Assembly: GCA_964554035.1 (NCBI GenBank)
Contig: CAZKNW010000001.1
Span: forward strand, 1-42,437
Origin: an uncultured Verrucomicrobiota bacterium
GTDB lineage: Bacteria; Verrucomicrobiota; Verrucomicrobiia; Limisphaerales; CAZKNW01
Direction: 5' to 3'
DNA length: 42,437 bases
The notes below the pieces were generated by a model. The model did not search any database, had not been told where the DNA came from, and was given only the letters and a program-made list of their open reading frames with translations. Shown piece after piece: positions 7,728-16,388 of this stretch. How positions within the stretch are numbered: position 1 is the stretch's first letter; each line of letters begins with the position of its first letter. A program made the position numbers and the translations under genes.

Positions 7728-8049
7728 AAGACAATACCGTTTCTCTCACGGAGCCACGGAGGAACACGGGGAGTTGAAATGCATGCATTTCGACAAATGT
7801 CCTCTCTCCGTGAATCCCCGTGCCTCAGTGAGAGATATTCCTTCTCCTTTAGGATTCGGAAAATAGCTCATGCGAAAATGGAAGCCCCAAAGGGTAGGGC
7901 CCGTCGCTCCGCGCGGGCTTTTGTTGCGGACGGGGATTCAGGATGTTCCTTTGCGATTGGATGCCAAGCTCGGGCGCTCACGGAGTGATCGCCCTACCTT
8001 TGTGAGGCATGCCTCGATCCTCGGATTCCAATCTGCGGGGAACCAATCC
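7728..8049 (+). repeat. Structured intergenic repeat, copy C (H1, R2, short tail)
   Basis: H1 carries the palindrome variant TTGAAATGCATGCATTTCGA at 7774-7793. R2 is bounded by GTAG 7894-7897 and CTAC 7994-7997. The tail lacks the 17-nt segment ggtggcttttctgaatc seen in copies A and D. Confidence 0.9.
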
Positions 8050-8054
8050 TTTCC

Positions 8055-8750
8055 CTACGGAATTCGAATTACAAAATCATCGTAGTGGACCTCGCGGTCC
8101 ACGGTGGTGATGTTCATGTTGGACTTGGTGGTGTGGGCGATGCCTTCGGACTTGAGGGTGCCCACCAGCTTGTCGTCGATCCATATCTTGAGGACGTCGC
8201 CTTCGATGCGGATGCGCAGGCGGTGCCAGGCCTTGGGATCGATGTCGATCTTGTTGTTGACGGACTTGGTTTTGAGCATGTCCTGGGTGGCCTTGTCGAG
8301 TTTCTCTCCCGCCTTCCTCCTGTCGCGAATCTCCTTCACGAAGATGCCGGTCTTTCCGTCATAAAGAGTGATCGCGTCCTGGCCCACGCCCACGTGGCAG
8401 ATGTGCCCGGCATGGGAGCCCTTGTAGCCGAGGTCGCGGAACATGACACTGAAGCGCTTGGAACCCTCGAACTTGAAGGAGATCTCGACCTCCATGTCGC
8501 TCAGGGGAGGGAGTTCGATGGAGTTGACCGACGGGTGATCGGCGGTCTTGGGGGTGATGCCGACCATGACGCCGTCCTTGACGATGGTTTCGCTCTTCCA
8601 TGACCCCCACTGCTTCTTGAGTGCGCTACCCGAGAAGTCATCCTCGAAGAAGACCTTCTTGAAGGGACCTGCCTGAAGCTGGTTGGAGAGGAGGGTGCTG
8701 AGGGAGAGAACTCCTGCTAGGAGTGTCCTGTGGATGCAGTTTCTGTTCAT
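8055..8750 (-). CDS. Secreted LamG/concanavalin-like (DUF1080-type) protein
   Basis: ORF trimmed to the ATG at 8748-8750 (MNRNCIHRTLLAGVLSLSTLLSNQLQA signal peptide). The pattern FEDDF ... W ... VKDG ... EISFKF ... WHRLRIRIEGDVLKIWIDDKLV is typical of the LamG jelly-roll family. It starts 14 nt after the upstream sulfatase stop. Confidence 0.6.
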   Translation of the reverse strand: MNRNCIHRTLLAGVLSLSTLLSNQLQAGPFKKVFFEDDFSGSALKKQWGSWKSETIVKDGVMVGITPKTADHPSVNSIELPPLSDMEVEISFKFEGSKRFSVMFRDLGYKGSHAGHICHVGVGQDAITLYDGKTGIFVKEIRDRRKAGEKLDKATQDMLKTKSVNNKIDIDPKAWHRLRIRIEGDVLKIWIDDKLVGTLKSEGIAHTTKSNMNITTVDREVHYDDFVIRIP

Positions 8751-8764
8751 GGTTGAATGAGAAA

Positions 8765-10057
8765 TCACGGACGATCGATGGATGCCTCCCATTCATCGAG
8801 AAGGGTGGTGAGCCGGGCAACCCTGTCTGGATGATGAAAGCAGAGGTTGGTGGACTCCGAGACGTCCGAGCTGATGTGAAACAGGTGGGTCGTGCCGTTC
8901 TCCATCTGCAGGAGCTTCCAGTCGCCCTGCCGGACAGCCCTTCCCGGGTTGATGACCTTTCGCTTTGGGCCTGATTTCCTGCGCCAGAACATCGTGCGCC
9001 TTGCAGCGAGATCCGGGGATTCCAATAGCTTGAAGACGTCCCCTCCATCCCCTGCAGCGACGTCCTGTCCGATCAGGTTCCGAAACGTGGCGCTCCAGTC
9101 CATGGTGTTGACCGGTGCCGAGGAAATACTGCCTTCCTTGAACCTGCCGGGCCAACGGGCGATGCAGGGGACGCGGATGCCGCCTTCCCAGAGGGTGGCC
9201 TTGTCCCCGCCCATGGGACGGTTGTCGGAATAGGTGTGGCCTCCGTTGTCGGAACAGAAGACGACCAGGGTGTTTCCCCGAAGGTCGAGGTCATCGATGA
9301 GTTTAAGGACCCTGCCGATTCCTGCGTCCATGGACTCCACCATCGCTCGATAGGTCTCGCGATCTCCGATCTGCCAGGACTTGTGCTTGGGGCGGATGTC
9401 CTTCCCCTGGTCGCCGGGACCCTGCCAGGGGAAGTGGGGAGCGGCGTGGGACAGGTAGAGGAAGAAGGGATTCTTCTGATTGTTGCGGATGAACCCCAGT
9501 GCATCCTCCGTGATCAGGTCGGTGCTGTAACCCCTTCGCTTCACAGGTTCCGTGTTTAGCCAGAGGTCATGGACTCCAATGCGGTCCATGTGCTGGAAGT
9601 AATGATGGTTGCCGCCAAGCAGCCCGAAAAAGTGATTGAATCCCTGGTGGTTGGGCTGACGTTCCGTGTCGTATCCGAGGTGCCACTTGCCCGAAAGTCC
9701 GGTGGTGTAACCGGCGGCCTGGAAACTGTGGGCAAGGGTGCGCCCTTCTGGATCGATCCCGCGTCCCATTTCCTGGTAGTAGAGCGCATTGTCCATCCCG
9801 ATCCGTTGCGGATAGCGTCCGGTCAGGAAACCGGCGCGGGTGGGTGAACAGGTCGGGCCGGTGGCGTAGTAATCGGTGAAGCGTATGCCTTCCTTCGCAA
9901 GTTGATCAAGGTGGGGTGTCCTGATGTCAGGGCTTCCGTAGCACCCCAGGTCTCCGTAGCCGAGGTCATCGGCCATGATGAAGACCACGTTGGGTGGGGA
10001 AGCGGCCTGGAGACCGAGGCAGGTGATAATGAGCAGGGCAGTGAGACGAAATGCCAT
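8765..10057 (-). CDS. Secreted Cys-type arylsulfatase
   Basis: Signal peptide MAFRLTALLIITCLGLQA, then ADDLGYGDLGCYG and the motif TCSPTRAGFLTG. 430 aa. Confidence 0.9.
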   Translation of the reverse strand: MAFRLTALLIITCLGLQAASPPNVVFIMADDLGYGDLGCYGSPDIRTPHLDQLAKEGIRFTDYYATGPTCSPTRAGFLTGRYPQRIGMDNALYYQEMGRGIDPEGRTLAHSFQAAGYTTGLSGKWHLGYDTERQPNHQGFNHFFGLLGGNHHYFQHMDRIGVHDLWLNTEPVKRRGYSTDLITEDALGFIRNNQKNPFFLYLSHAAPHFPWQGPGDQGKDIRPKHKSWQIGDRETYRAMVESMDAGIGRVLKLIDDLDLRGNTLVVFCSDNGGHTYSDNRPMGGDKATLWEGGIRVPCIARWPGRFKEGSISSAPVNTMDWSATFRNLIGQDVAAGDGGDVFKLLESPDLAARRTMFWRRKSGPKRKVINPGRAVRQGDWKLLQMENGTTHLFHISSDVSESTNLCFHHPDRVARLTTLLDEWEASIDRP

Positions 10058-10061
10058 CGGA

Positions 10062-11441
10062 TCACTCCGGGAAATTGAAGTTCTTGATTGGACTCGTGGT
10101 TCTGGCCTCCCTGAAGAGCCTCTCTGCCTTCTTCACAAGGTCCGGCTTCTGGGTGGCGAGGTCTTCCGATTCGTCGAGGTCCTTCCTCACGTCGTAGACC
10201 TCGATGGGTTTGGGCTTCTTCATCAGGTTGTACTGGACGATCTTGTAGTCCCCGATGCGCAGGGCACGTCGTCCGCCTTTCTCGAAGAATTCCCAGTAAA
10301 GGTAGTCGTGCTTTTTCTGGTCCTTTCGTCCCAGCAGCGTGGGGACAAAGCTGATGCCGTCGATTCCCTCGGGTGCCTCGGTGCCCACAAGTTCACAGGC
10401 AGTCGGCATGAAGTCCCAGAAGGCCCCCACATGGTGACTGGTGCTTCCCGCCTTCACGGTTCCGGGCCATCTCAAAATGAAGGGAGACCGAATGCCGCCT
10501 TCATACATTTCGCGTTTCTCGCCACGGAGAGGTCCGGATGAGTTGAAGTCGCCCTCCCTGTGGCCTCCTGCCGAATGGGCGCCATTGTCTGAGGCAAACA
10601 TGACCACCGTGTTCTCGGACAGCCCCAGTTCATCCAGCTTCTTCAGGAGTTGGCCCACCTCCCAGTCGAGCCTGCTGACCATCCCTGCGAAGGTGGCATT
10701 GGGTTCATCCGTGCCGCGATAATGACCCTGTTTGACCACGCGTTCAGGGCCTACCTGGCCGCGGTATGGGGCGACCCATTCCTCGGGAGCATAGAGTGAG
10801 GCATGTGGAATTAGTGAGGAATAGAGTAGGAAAAAGGGATTGTTCTTCTGCTGTTCCATCCATGCAGTGGCTTCACCCAGTAGGAGATCGTGTATGTAGT
10901 GGTCCCCCTCGTGCTCCTTGTTGTTGGGGAAGTCGATGGTCTTCCCGTTGCGATACATCCTTGGAGGAAAGTAATGGTGTGCCTCGACATGGCTCAGGAC
11001 CCCGAAGAAGTGGTCGAAGCCCTTGCGGTTGGGTTGGGACGGATCGGAGGTGACATTGCCGATGGTGCAGGACTTGCCGATCATCGCGGTGGCGTAGCCG
11101 GCATTGCGAAGGACCGTCCCCACGGTCAGGTCCAAAGGATCCGGGCGGAGCATGTGGCTCCCGTTGCCGCGAAGGTAGGTGTGGCCGGTATGCAGGCCCG
11201 TCATCAGGGTGGATCGGGATGGGGCACAGACGGTGGATCCGGAATGGAAATCCGTGAAACGCATGCCCTCCTTTGCCATCTGGTCCAGGTTTGGTGTCCT
11301 GATGGTTTTCTGGCCGTAGCATCCGAGATCCCCATAACCGAGGTCGTCGGCAAGGATGAAGATGATGTTGGGACTGGAAGCCGCGATGGAAGCGGTCCCC
11401 AGAAAGCCGATGAGGGCGATGAGCAAGAATCGCAGGAACAT
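10062..11441 (-). CDS. Secreted Cys-type arylsulfatase
   Basis: ORF trimmed to the ATG at 11439-11441 (MFLRFLLIALIGFLGTASIAA). It has ADDLGYGDLGCYG and the motif VCAPSRSTLMTG. Its stop lies 4 nt upstream of the next sulfatase start. Confidence 0.9.
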   Translation of the reverse strand: MFLRFLLIALIGFLGTASIAASSPNIIFILADDLGYGDLGCYGQKTIRTPNLDQMAKEGMRFTDFHSGSTVCAPSRSTLMTGLHTGHTYLRGNGSHMLRPDPLDLTVGTVLRNAGYATAMIGKSCTIGNVTSDPSQPNRKGFDHFFGVLSHVEAHHYFPPRMYRNGKTIDFPNNKEHEGDHYIHDLLLGEATAWMEQQKNNPFFLLYSSLIPHASLYAPEEWVAPYRGQVGPERVVKQGHYRGTDEPNATFAGMVSRLDWEVGQLLKKLDELGLSENTVVMFASDNGAHSAGGHREGDFNSSGPLRGEKREMYEGGIRSPFILRWPGTVKAGSTSHHVGAFWDFMPTACELVGTEAPEGIDGISFVPTLLGRKDQKKHDYLYWEFFEKGGRRALRIGDYKIVQYNLMKKPKPIEVYDVRKDLDESEDLATQKPDLVKKAERLFREARTTSPIKNFNFPE

Positions 11442-11531
11442 AGAGACAGACTGCCTTCTGACCGTTGAAAGGGCAACGGTCGGCTTCAAACCAAAATGGT
11501 ATTTCAGGTCGATTTCTGACTTACTTGGGTC

Positions 11532-12413
11532 ATGCGCTTTCCAATCCTTTTGTCCCTGATCCTGCTGGTGTCGCCCGTGGCATCAAACCTCGCTGCGCCA
11601 TCCGTAGCCGGTCTCTTTGAGCGGGACAACCTCGTTGCCTGGTGTGTTGTTCCCTTTGATGGCAAGAAGCGTGGGCCTGAGGCGAGGGCGGAGATGCTGG
11701 CAAAGCTGGGATTGAGGAAATGTGCCTACGACTGGCGTGCCCAGCACGTGGCCGAGTTCGAGGAGGAGATCCTTCAATACAAGAAGCATGGCATCGAGTA
11801 TTTCGCGTTCTGGAGCACGCACCCCAAGGCCTTTGAGCTGTTCAGGAAACATGGCCTTTCGCCTCAGATCTGGAAGACCGCTCCCTCTCCCAAGGGCGAC
11901 ACCCAGGAGGAGCGGATCCGGAAGGCCGCGGAAGCCATGCTGCCTTTCGCCAAACAGGCCCGCGGGATCGGGAGCCGGTTTGGTCTCTACAACCATGGTG
12001 GATGGGGCGGGGAACCGGAGAACCTCGTGGCGGTCTGCCAATACCTGAGGGAACACCACCAGATGGAGAATGTGGGAATCGTCTACAACTTCCACCATGC
12101 CCACGAGCATATCGCTGATTTCAAGAAGTCGCTCGAAGTGATGAAGCCGTACCTTCTCTGCCTGAATCTCAATGGCATGAACGAGGGCGCCCAACCGAAG
12201 ATCCTGCAACTGGGCCAGGGGCAACATGAGCTCAAGATGATGAGGACGATTGTCGCATCAGGCTACGATGGCCCCATTGGAATCATCGGGCACACCCAGG
12301 ATGACGTGGAGGAAAGGTTGAAGGACAACCTGGACGGGCTGGATTGGCTGGTCCCGCAGTTGAAGGGGAAGAAGGCTGGGGCCAAGCCTCAGCCACGGAC
12401 GGCCGGGAAGTAG
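11532..12413 (+). CDS. Secreted xylose-isomerase-like TIM-barrel protein (sugar phosphate isomerase/epimerase family)
   Basis: 293 aa with a signal peptide. The blocks GLYNHGG, YNFHHAHEH and IGIIGH resemble the PVC-type TIM-barrel family. Called from memory of the family only. Confidence 0.6.
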   Translation: MRFPILLSLILLVSPVASNLAAPSVAGLFERDNLVAWCVVPFDGKKRGPEARAEMLAKLGLRKCAYDWRAQHVAEFEEEILQYKKHGIEYFAFWSTHPKAFELFRKHGLSPQIWKTAPSPKGDTQEERIRKAAEAMLPFAKQARGIGSRFGLYNHGGWGGEPENLVAVCQYLREHHQMENVGIVYNFHHAHEHIADFKKSLEVMKPYLLCLNLNGMNEGAQPKILQLGQGQHELKMMRTIVASGYDGPIGIIGHTQDDVEERLKDNLDGLDWLVPQLKGKKAGAKPQPRTAGK

Positions 12414-12414
12414 C

Positions 12415-15051
12415 CTACTTGGTCCGGAAGGTCTCGCTGGCGATCAGGTCGAGGAGGAGGTCCTGAAAGCCCTTTCCTTCCTTGAGGTTCGCCTGGACGA
12501 TCGTTTTGATTTCCTTCCTTTCCACGTAATTGGGAACGCGGCCTGTTGCATAGGTCATCAGTTTCTCTGAAAGGCATTCCGCGAACTGGTCCACATTTTC
12601 CACGAGCCACGACTTGAGATCGGTGATGTCCCGGATGGGGGTTCCGTCCGGCAGGCTTCCTGAGGAATCAATCGCCGGGCCATCGGAGGCTTGGAGGCGT
12701 CCCTTCTTGTCGGCCTTGTAGATGGGGTAGTGCGTGCGCCAGCGGCCGACGGCATCGAAGTTTTCCAGTGCGAATCCGATAGGATCAATCTTTCGGTGAC
12801 ATCCTGCGCACCGGCTGTCGGAAGCATGGGCGTTGAGCAGGTCCCTGGGTGTCTTGGCGCCCGTGGTGTCCGGGGTGATGGCAGGCACCGCCATGGGAGG
12901 CGGTGGAGGGGGATTGCCGATGATGTTCTCAAGCACCCAGACGCCGCGAAGCACGGGTTGGGTGTCCACGCCATTGGCGGTGGCCATGAGGATGGCGGCC
13001 TGACCAAGTAAACCGCCATAGCGGCCACCTCTTTCCATGCTGATGCGCTGGAGCGACTTCTTCTTGGCGTTGTAACCCTTGTTGATGCCGTAGATCTTCT
13101 TCGCGATGGAGGGGCTGGTGTAGGTGAAGTCGGGATCAATGAAGTCCGTGAGGGGACGGTTCTTCTCCAGCATTTCATGGAAGAAGGTCTCGACCTCAAG
13201 TCTGGCGTTCTTCTGGTCATCCTGGCTGAACTTGAGCCTTGGGTCCGGCATGATTTCAGCCAGAAGGCGTGTATCCAGCCACTGGCCGGTGAAGCTTTCA
13301 ATGAAGGGGTCATTGGCCTTCCTGGGCAACAGGGCCGCTGCCTGCCTCTTCAACACATCGGGTTGCGACAGCCGACCCTTGGCTGCCGTGTTTCTCAGGC
13401 TGAGGGTGGGTGGCTTGCCCTTGAGGAAATAGGAGAGACGTGATGCGAGGTCGAAGTCGTCCAGCCTGCCCGGAGTCAGGCTTCGGTAGAGGAACCTGGG
13501 TGAGATCAGGGCTGTGCGGATGGCCAGGTGGAATCCCTCCTCAAAGCTGTGACCGTCCTTCCAGTGGGCCTCCACGAGGCCTGCATAGGCTTCGACGGTC
13601 TTGTCGTCCACCGGTCTCCGAAAGGCTTCCTGCAGGAAACGATTGAGAATCTCCCTTGTCCAACTGGCATCGGATCTCTGGTTGCGAGCACCAAGGAATG
13701 AGTTGGCGAGTTGTTTCCTGTTCAGGTCCTTGGGGCCTTCGATGATCGATTTCGGGCCTGAGATTGAGCAATGGTGAACATTGATGGCCGGGCCGTTTTC
13801 AAAATGGTCGTAGGCGATGGTTTCCGTGAACAGGACCGGGTTGCCGCGGATCCTCTTGAGCAGGGTCTCGGTTTCCGTGGAATCCATTGTGGCCTCGGTA
13901 AGGTCCAGGTTCGCATCTGCCATCAATGCCTTGACCCTTTCCCAGCCGACACCCCCTCGGAATCCCTGGTCGCTGCTCTTGACCATCTGTTGCCAGGCAG
14001 CGAGGTATCGCGGATCGGACTGGAACTTGGCACTGAAGACATCAGCCAGTTCCTCCCGCGCATCCCGGTCACTCACGAGAGGGGCATTGGCATAGTAGAA
14101 GACCACAGTCTGTCCTTCGAAAAGAGGAGCTTCAAAGCGCACCTTCCGGGGCGTTGCCGAATCAATGGGGATCTCCTTGAGGACCCGCAGCGACCCGACG
14201 CTGAGTCCGTCGGTACTGGACACATCGCGGGCAAGCACCTTGAGGATCAGGGGGGATTCACCGTTTCTTTCGAATTCGGAGACGGTCACTTCGATGTCAT
14301 AGATGCCGGATGCCTTGACCTCCACCTTGCTGGGCCAGGTGCAGCTGCGCATCATGCTGTCACATCGTGAGACGATCCTCATGGCTCCGTCCCGAATGCT
14401 TCCCGAGGAATAGCTGATGACCATGTCGTTGGCGGGGATCTCGTAGGTCGCGGGTTCGGCAGGCGGGCGCTCAGGTGGGAAGAGCTGGTCGGCCACAAGG
14501 CTGGCGGCTTCCGCATAGGCGCTCAAGAGTGGAGGGGAAAGATTGAGCGCTTCACCGATGTTGTCGAAGCCATGACTCTCGGTGTCGGCGGGAAAGCCTG
14601 GAGGGAGTTCGAACCTGAACCCGAACAGGGATTTGATGGTGTTGCGGTATTCATCCCGGCTTAGCCTTCTTGCAACGGTGCCTCCAATCCTTGTGTTGGT
14701 GGTCAGTGATTGGTCGATCCAATCCACGAATGCCTTGCGTTCTTCAGCCGTAGGCTGGTTGCGCTTCTTGGGGGGAGGCATCTCTCCGGCTGAAACTGCC
14801 TTGAAAACCCTTTCCCAGTGGGCGTTGGCATCGTGTGATCCCCAGACCACCTGTTCGGACTCGAGAAGGATCTCGCCCTTCATCGTCTCCTTGTCATGGC
14901 AGTCGAGACAGTAGTCATTGAGGAAGCGGAGCTGCGAATCGGGAATCCGGATGGTATCTGAACCGGGACAAGGCAGCGCAAGGATCCAGGCAGCGATAAG
15001 GAAGGTGGCACTCCGGACGAACCCGGATGACGATGAACGACGATGATGCAT
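12415..15051 (-). CDS. DUF1592/DUF1588/DUF1585-type protein with cytochrome-c-like CXXCH motifs
   Basis: 878 aa with an N-terminal anchor. It has CLDCHD near the N-terminus and CAGCHRKIDPIGFALENFD near the C-terminus. ARRLSRDEYRNTIKSLFG is typical of the PVC PSCyt/PSD multi-DUF family. Its start overlaps the upstream stop (TGATG at 15049-15053). Confidence 0.8.
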   Translation of the reverse strand: MHHRRSSSSGFVRSATFLIAAWILALPCPGSDTIRIPDSQLRFLNDYCLDCHDKETMKGEILLESEQVVWGSHDANAHWERVFKAVSAGEMPPPKKRNQPTAEERKAFVDWIDQSLTTNTRIGGTVARRLSRDEYRNTIKSLFGFRFELPPGFPADTESHGFDNIGEALNLSPPLLSAYAEAASLVADQLFPPERPPAEPATYEIPANDMVISYSSGSIRDGAMRIVSRCDSMMRSCTWPSKVEVKASGIYDIEVTVSEFERNGESPLILKVLARDVSSTDGLSVGSLRVLKEIPIDSATPRKVRFEAPLFEGQTVVFYYANAPLVSDRDAREELADVFSAKFQSDPRYLAAWQQMVKSSDQGFRGGVGWERVKALMADANLDLTEATMDSTETETLLKRIRGNPVLFTETIAYDHFENGPAINVHHCSISGPKSIIEGPKDLNRKQLANSFLGARNQRSDASWTREILNRFLQEAFRRPVDDKTVEAYAGLVEAHWKDGHSFEEGFHLAIRTALISPRFLYRSLTPGRLDDFDLASRLSYFLKGKPPTLSLRNTAAKGRLSQPDVLKRQAAALLPRKANDPFIESFTGQWLDTRLLAEIMPDPRLKFSQDDQKNARLEVETFFHEMLEKNRPLTDFIDPDFTYTSPSIAKKIYGINKGYNAKKKSLQRISMERGGRYGGLLGQAAILMATANGVDTQPVLRGVWVLENIIGNPPPPPPMAVPAITPDTTGAKTPRDLLNAHASDSRCAGCHRKIDPIGFALENFDAVGRWRTHYPIYKADKKGRLQASDGPAIDSSGSLPDGTPIRDITDLKSWLVENVDQFAECLSEKLMTYATGRVPNYVERKEIKTIVQANLKEGKGFQDLLLDLIASETFRTK

Positions 15052-16322
15052 CAGCTGAAGAGCTGGTTCATGTTGCGGCTGGCATTGGAGAAGGAATCCG
15101 CCTCCAGGCCGAGTTGCTGCATCAGGGTGATGTAAAGGTCGCCAAGCAACGGGGCGTCAGCCTGGTTTCGATCGGTGGCTATGTGGCGCCCGTGTTGGAA
15201 ACCGCCGCCGGCGACAATGGTGGGAAGGTCATTGTTGGCGTGCCGGCTGGCATCACCCATGCCGGTGCCCATTAGAACGATCGTGGAATCGAGCAGGGGG
15301 GTGCCGGTCTCGTCGGTCTTGGTCTTGAGCTGGTCAAGGAACCGGCTGAAGCGACGCATGTGCTCCTTTTCCACCATCACGAGTTCACGGATCTTGTCAG
15401 GATCGTTTCCATGGTGGGAAAGCGCATGATAGCCGGCTTGAAGCGTCTTGCCATTGATCGTGAAAACCTGACCCAGTCCTGCAAGGAACATGGTGGCCAC
15501 CCGCGTTGAATCCGTCTCGAGGGCGAGGGCCATGAGGTCATACATCAGTGTTTCGGCCTCAAGCATCAGGTTGGGTGCGATCGGGTCGTAGTCAGGAAGC
15601 TGGTAGTCGGTTTCTGGAATCGGTTCATCGAGGCCGTTCAGCTGACGGGTCATCTTCTTTTCGACGTCGCGGAGGGATTGGAAGTATTCCTCGAGCTTCT
15701 GCCGATCACCATGGGTGACCTTTGCCTGGAGGCTTTTCGCTTCATCAAGAACCAGATCCAGCGAGCTGCGACCACTCTTGAGCAGGTATTCCGTGCGGGC
15801 CCTGTCTTCGGCTGAAGCAAAGAGCCGACTGTAAAGGACACTCGGTCTCTGGATCATCGGCAGGGCGATTCCCTGTCGCGTGTAGTTCATGGACCTGCTC
15901 GCCTTGCCGGCCGTCAGTTGGAGGGAGGGGAATCGGGATTCCTGTCCGATCTTCTCGGCAACCACCTGGTCGAGCGAAACGGAACCGACCTGCTGGCCGC
16001 AGAGGTAGTTCCCCCAGTTGCTGTGCCCATTGGCCGCCCGATGATCGAGTCCGGAGAAAAGGGTGAATTCCTTGCGGTGTCTTGAAAGCGGCTCGAGAAG
16101 CGGGGTCTGCTCGTAGTCGCTTCCTGTATTATTGGGATAAATGGAGGATTGATGGAATCCAAGATAGCCACCGATGCAGACCAGACGCTTGGCCTTCTTC
16201 GGTGCAGTGGCGGATTCGGCGCTCGCGAGTGTCTCCAGCATGGGGAGAGCGAGGCAGACACCTGAGGCCTTGAGGAAGGTTCTCCTTGAGGGCGTAACTG
16301 GATAGGCCGTACCGGTGCTCAT
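15051..16322 (-). CDS. DUF1552-family protein with a twin-arginine signal
   Basis: 423 aa. It has the Tat-like SRRTFLKASGVCLALP and the family motif HALSHHG. It is translationally coupled to the DUF1592 gene. Confidence 0.8.
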   Translation of the reverse strand: MSTGTAYPVTPSRRTFLKASGVCLALPMLETLASAESATAPKKAKRLVCIGGYLGFHQSSIYPNNTGSDYEQTPLLEPLSRHRKEFTLFSGLDHRAANGHSNWGNYLCGQQVGSVSLDQVVAEKIGQESRFPSLQLTAGKASRSMNYTRQGIALPMIQRPSVLYSRLFASAEDRARTEYLLKSGRSSLDLVLDEAKSLQAKVTHGDRQKLEEYFQSLRDVEKKMTRQLNGLDEPIPETDYQLPDYDPIAPNLMLEAETLMYDLMALALETDSTRVATMFLAGLGQVFTINGKTLQAGYHALSHHGNDPDKIRELVMVEKEHMRRFSRFLDQLKTKTDETGTPLLDSTIVLMGTGMGDASRHANNDLPTIVAGGGFQHGRHIATDRNQADAPLLGDLYITLMQQLGLEADSFSNASRNMNQLFS

Positions 16323-16388
16323 TCACGGATCATGCATCAGCACCCTGTTCCGGTTCAATGGCCTAATTCAGACCTTGAGACTCTGGTC

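Noticed and set aside
12411-12417. Convergent genes with almost abutting stop codons: TAGCCTA at 12411-12417, a 9-nt gap at 19190-19198, and a 10-nt gap at 38544-38553.
   Set aside because: The observation is real, but compact convergent termini are common in bacteria. No structure or motif is present in the few intervening bases, so there is nothing further to interpret.
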